Of a stretch of 64,000 nt of DNA, positions 63,601-64,000 are shown piece by piece. The notes under the pieces are model-generated. The model searched no databases and was not told the DNA's origin. It saw only the letters and a list, made by a program, of their open reading frames with translations. Each line of letters begins with the position of its first letter. Positions within the stretch are counted from its first letter, which is position 1. The stretch lies in NCBI GenBank assembly GCA_963674825.1, contig OY771587.1:3264001-3328000 (forward strand), read 5' to 3'. This DNA comes from Candidatus Cloacimonadales bacterium (GTDB taxonomy: Bacteria; Cloacimonadota; Cloacimonadia; Cloacimonadales; JAIOQZ01). Both the position numbers and the translations under genes were made by a program.

Positions 63601-63645
63601 TTATCTGCCGATGTATAACCTGGCACGGGAATTCGCGATGTTCGA

Positions 63646-63999
63646 CTATCTTCCCTCGGCAATGACTGCCCGGACGATATAGAACAGGCGATTATTAGAC
63701 AGTAGCACCTGACTGTGCGTGCAGGTCGTACCGGTTACGAACCCGAGAAGCTGATAATCGTCCGCGCTGCCACCGGGGATATCGCTGTAGAGCACATTAT
63801 AGCCGTTCGGTGCGATGGGGTTGCCGTCGATATTGGTGGTAACCGGATCCCAGCTCAGGATCACATCGTTGTCTTGTAACTGGATCGTGACGTTCTCCGG
63901 CGCGGATGGTTCGGAAACAATCCCGATTCCGCTGAGCGCAATGGACATGGTTTCTGTGTTGCAGGCATCCGAAACGATACAGAGTGTATCGACGATAGT
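63646..63999 (-). CDS. 3' end of another secreted surface protein (runs off the window)
   Basis: Frame open to the window edge; Ig-like end (IALSGIG) followed by PSAPENVTI...VILSWDPVT...FYIVRAV. Confidence 0.7.
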   Translation of the reverse strand, partial: TIVDTLCIVSDACNTETMSIALSGIGIVSEPSAPENVTIQLQDNDVILSWDPVTTNIDGNPIAPNGYNVLYSDIPGGSADDYQLLGFVTGTTCTHSQVLLSNNRLFYIVRAVIAEGR

Positions 64000-64000
64000 T

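Overview
Bacterial chromosomal window (~50% GC). The gene content suggests Candidatus Cloacimonadota or a related anaerobic diderm, but this is inference only. Positions 1-50.8 kb are mostly core genes: a 5'-truncated giant multi-domain glycosyltransferase, a TetR/DUF362/Xis-like HTH islet, hslO, two tRNA-Asp genes, rpsT, ftsY, AddAB, a minus-strand protease cluster (FG-GAP protein, tricorn, frameshifted DUF2851, S9 peptidase), the rplM-rpsI-rpsB-tsf-pyrH-frr operon ending in a 57-aa ferredoxin missed by the ORF track, a diguanylate cyclase, an rmlB-like-mltD-rimI-nadB-tmk-prc-ctpA run, a SNF2 helicase, yjbQ and tRNA-Pro(GGG). An accessory island starts after tRNA-Pro. It opens 45 bp past the tRNA with TGTAAAGTGAC and an array of ~22-bp repeats resembling a Tn7/CAST-type transposon end. 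It then carries a decayed Rhs core, a candidate immunity gene, an orphan Rhs toxin cassette, a pRiA4b-ORF3 remnant, a 2464-aa surface protein with a coupled 80-aa ORF, a divergent TPR-sigma54 activator with an enhancer/IHF/-24-12-like layout between them, and the 3' end of a second large surface protein. No transposase, integrase, Cas gene or CRISPR array is visible in the window.
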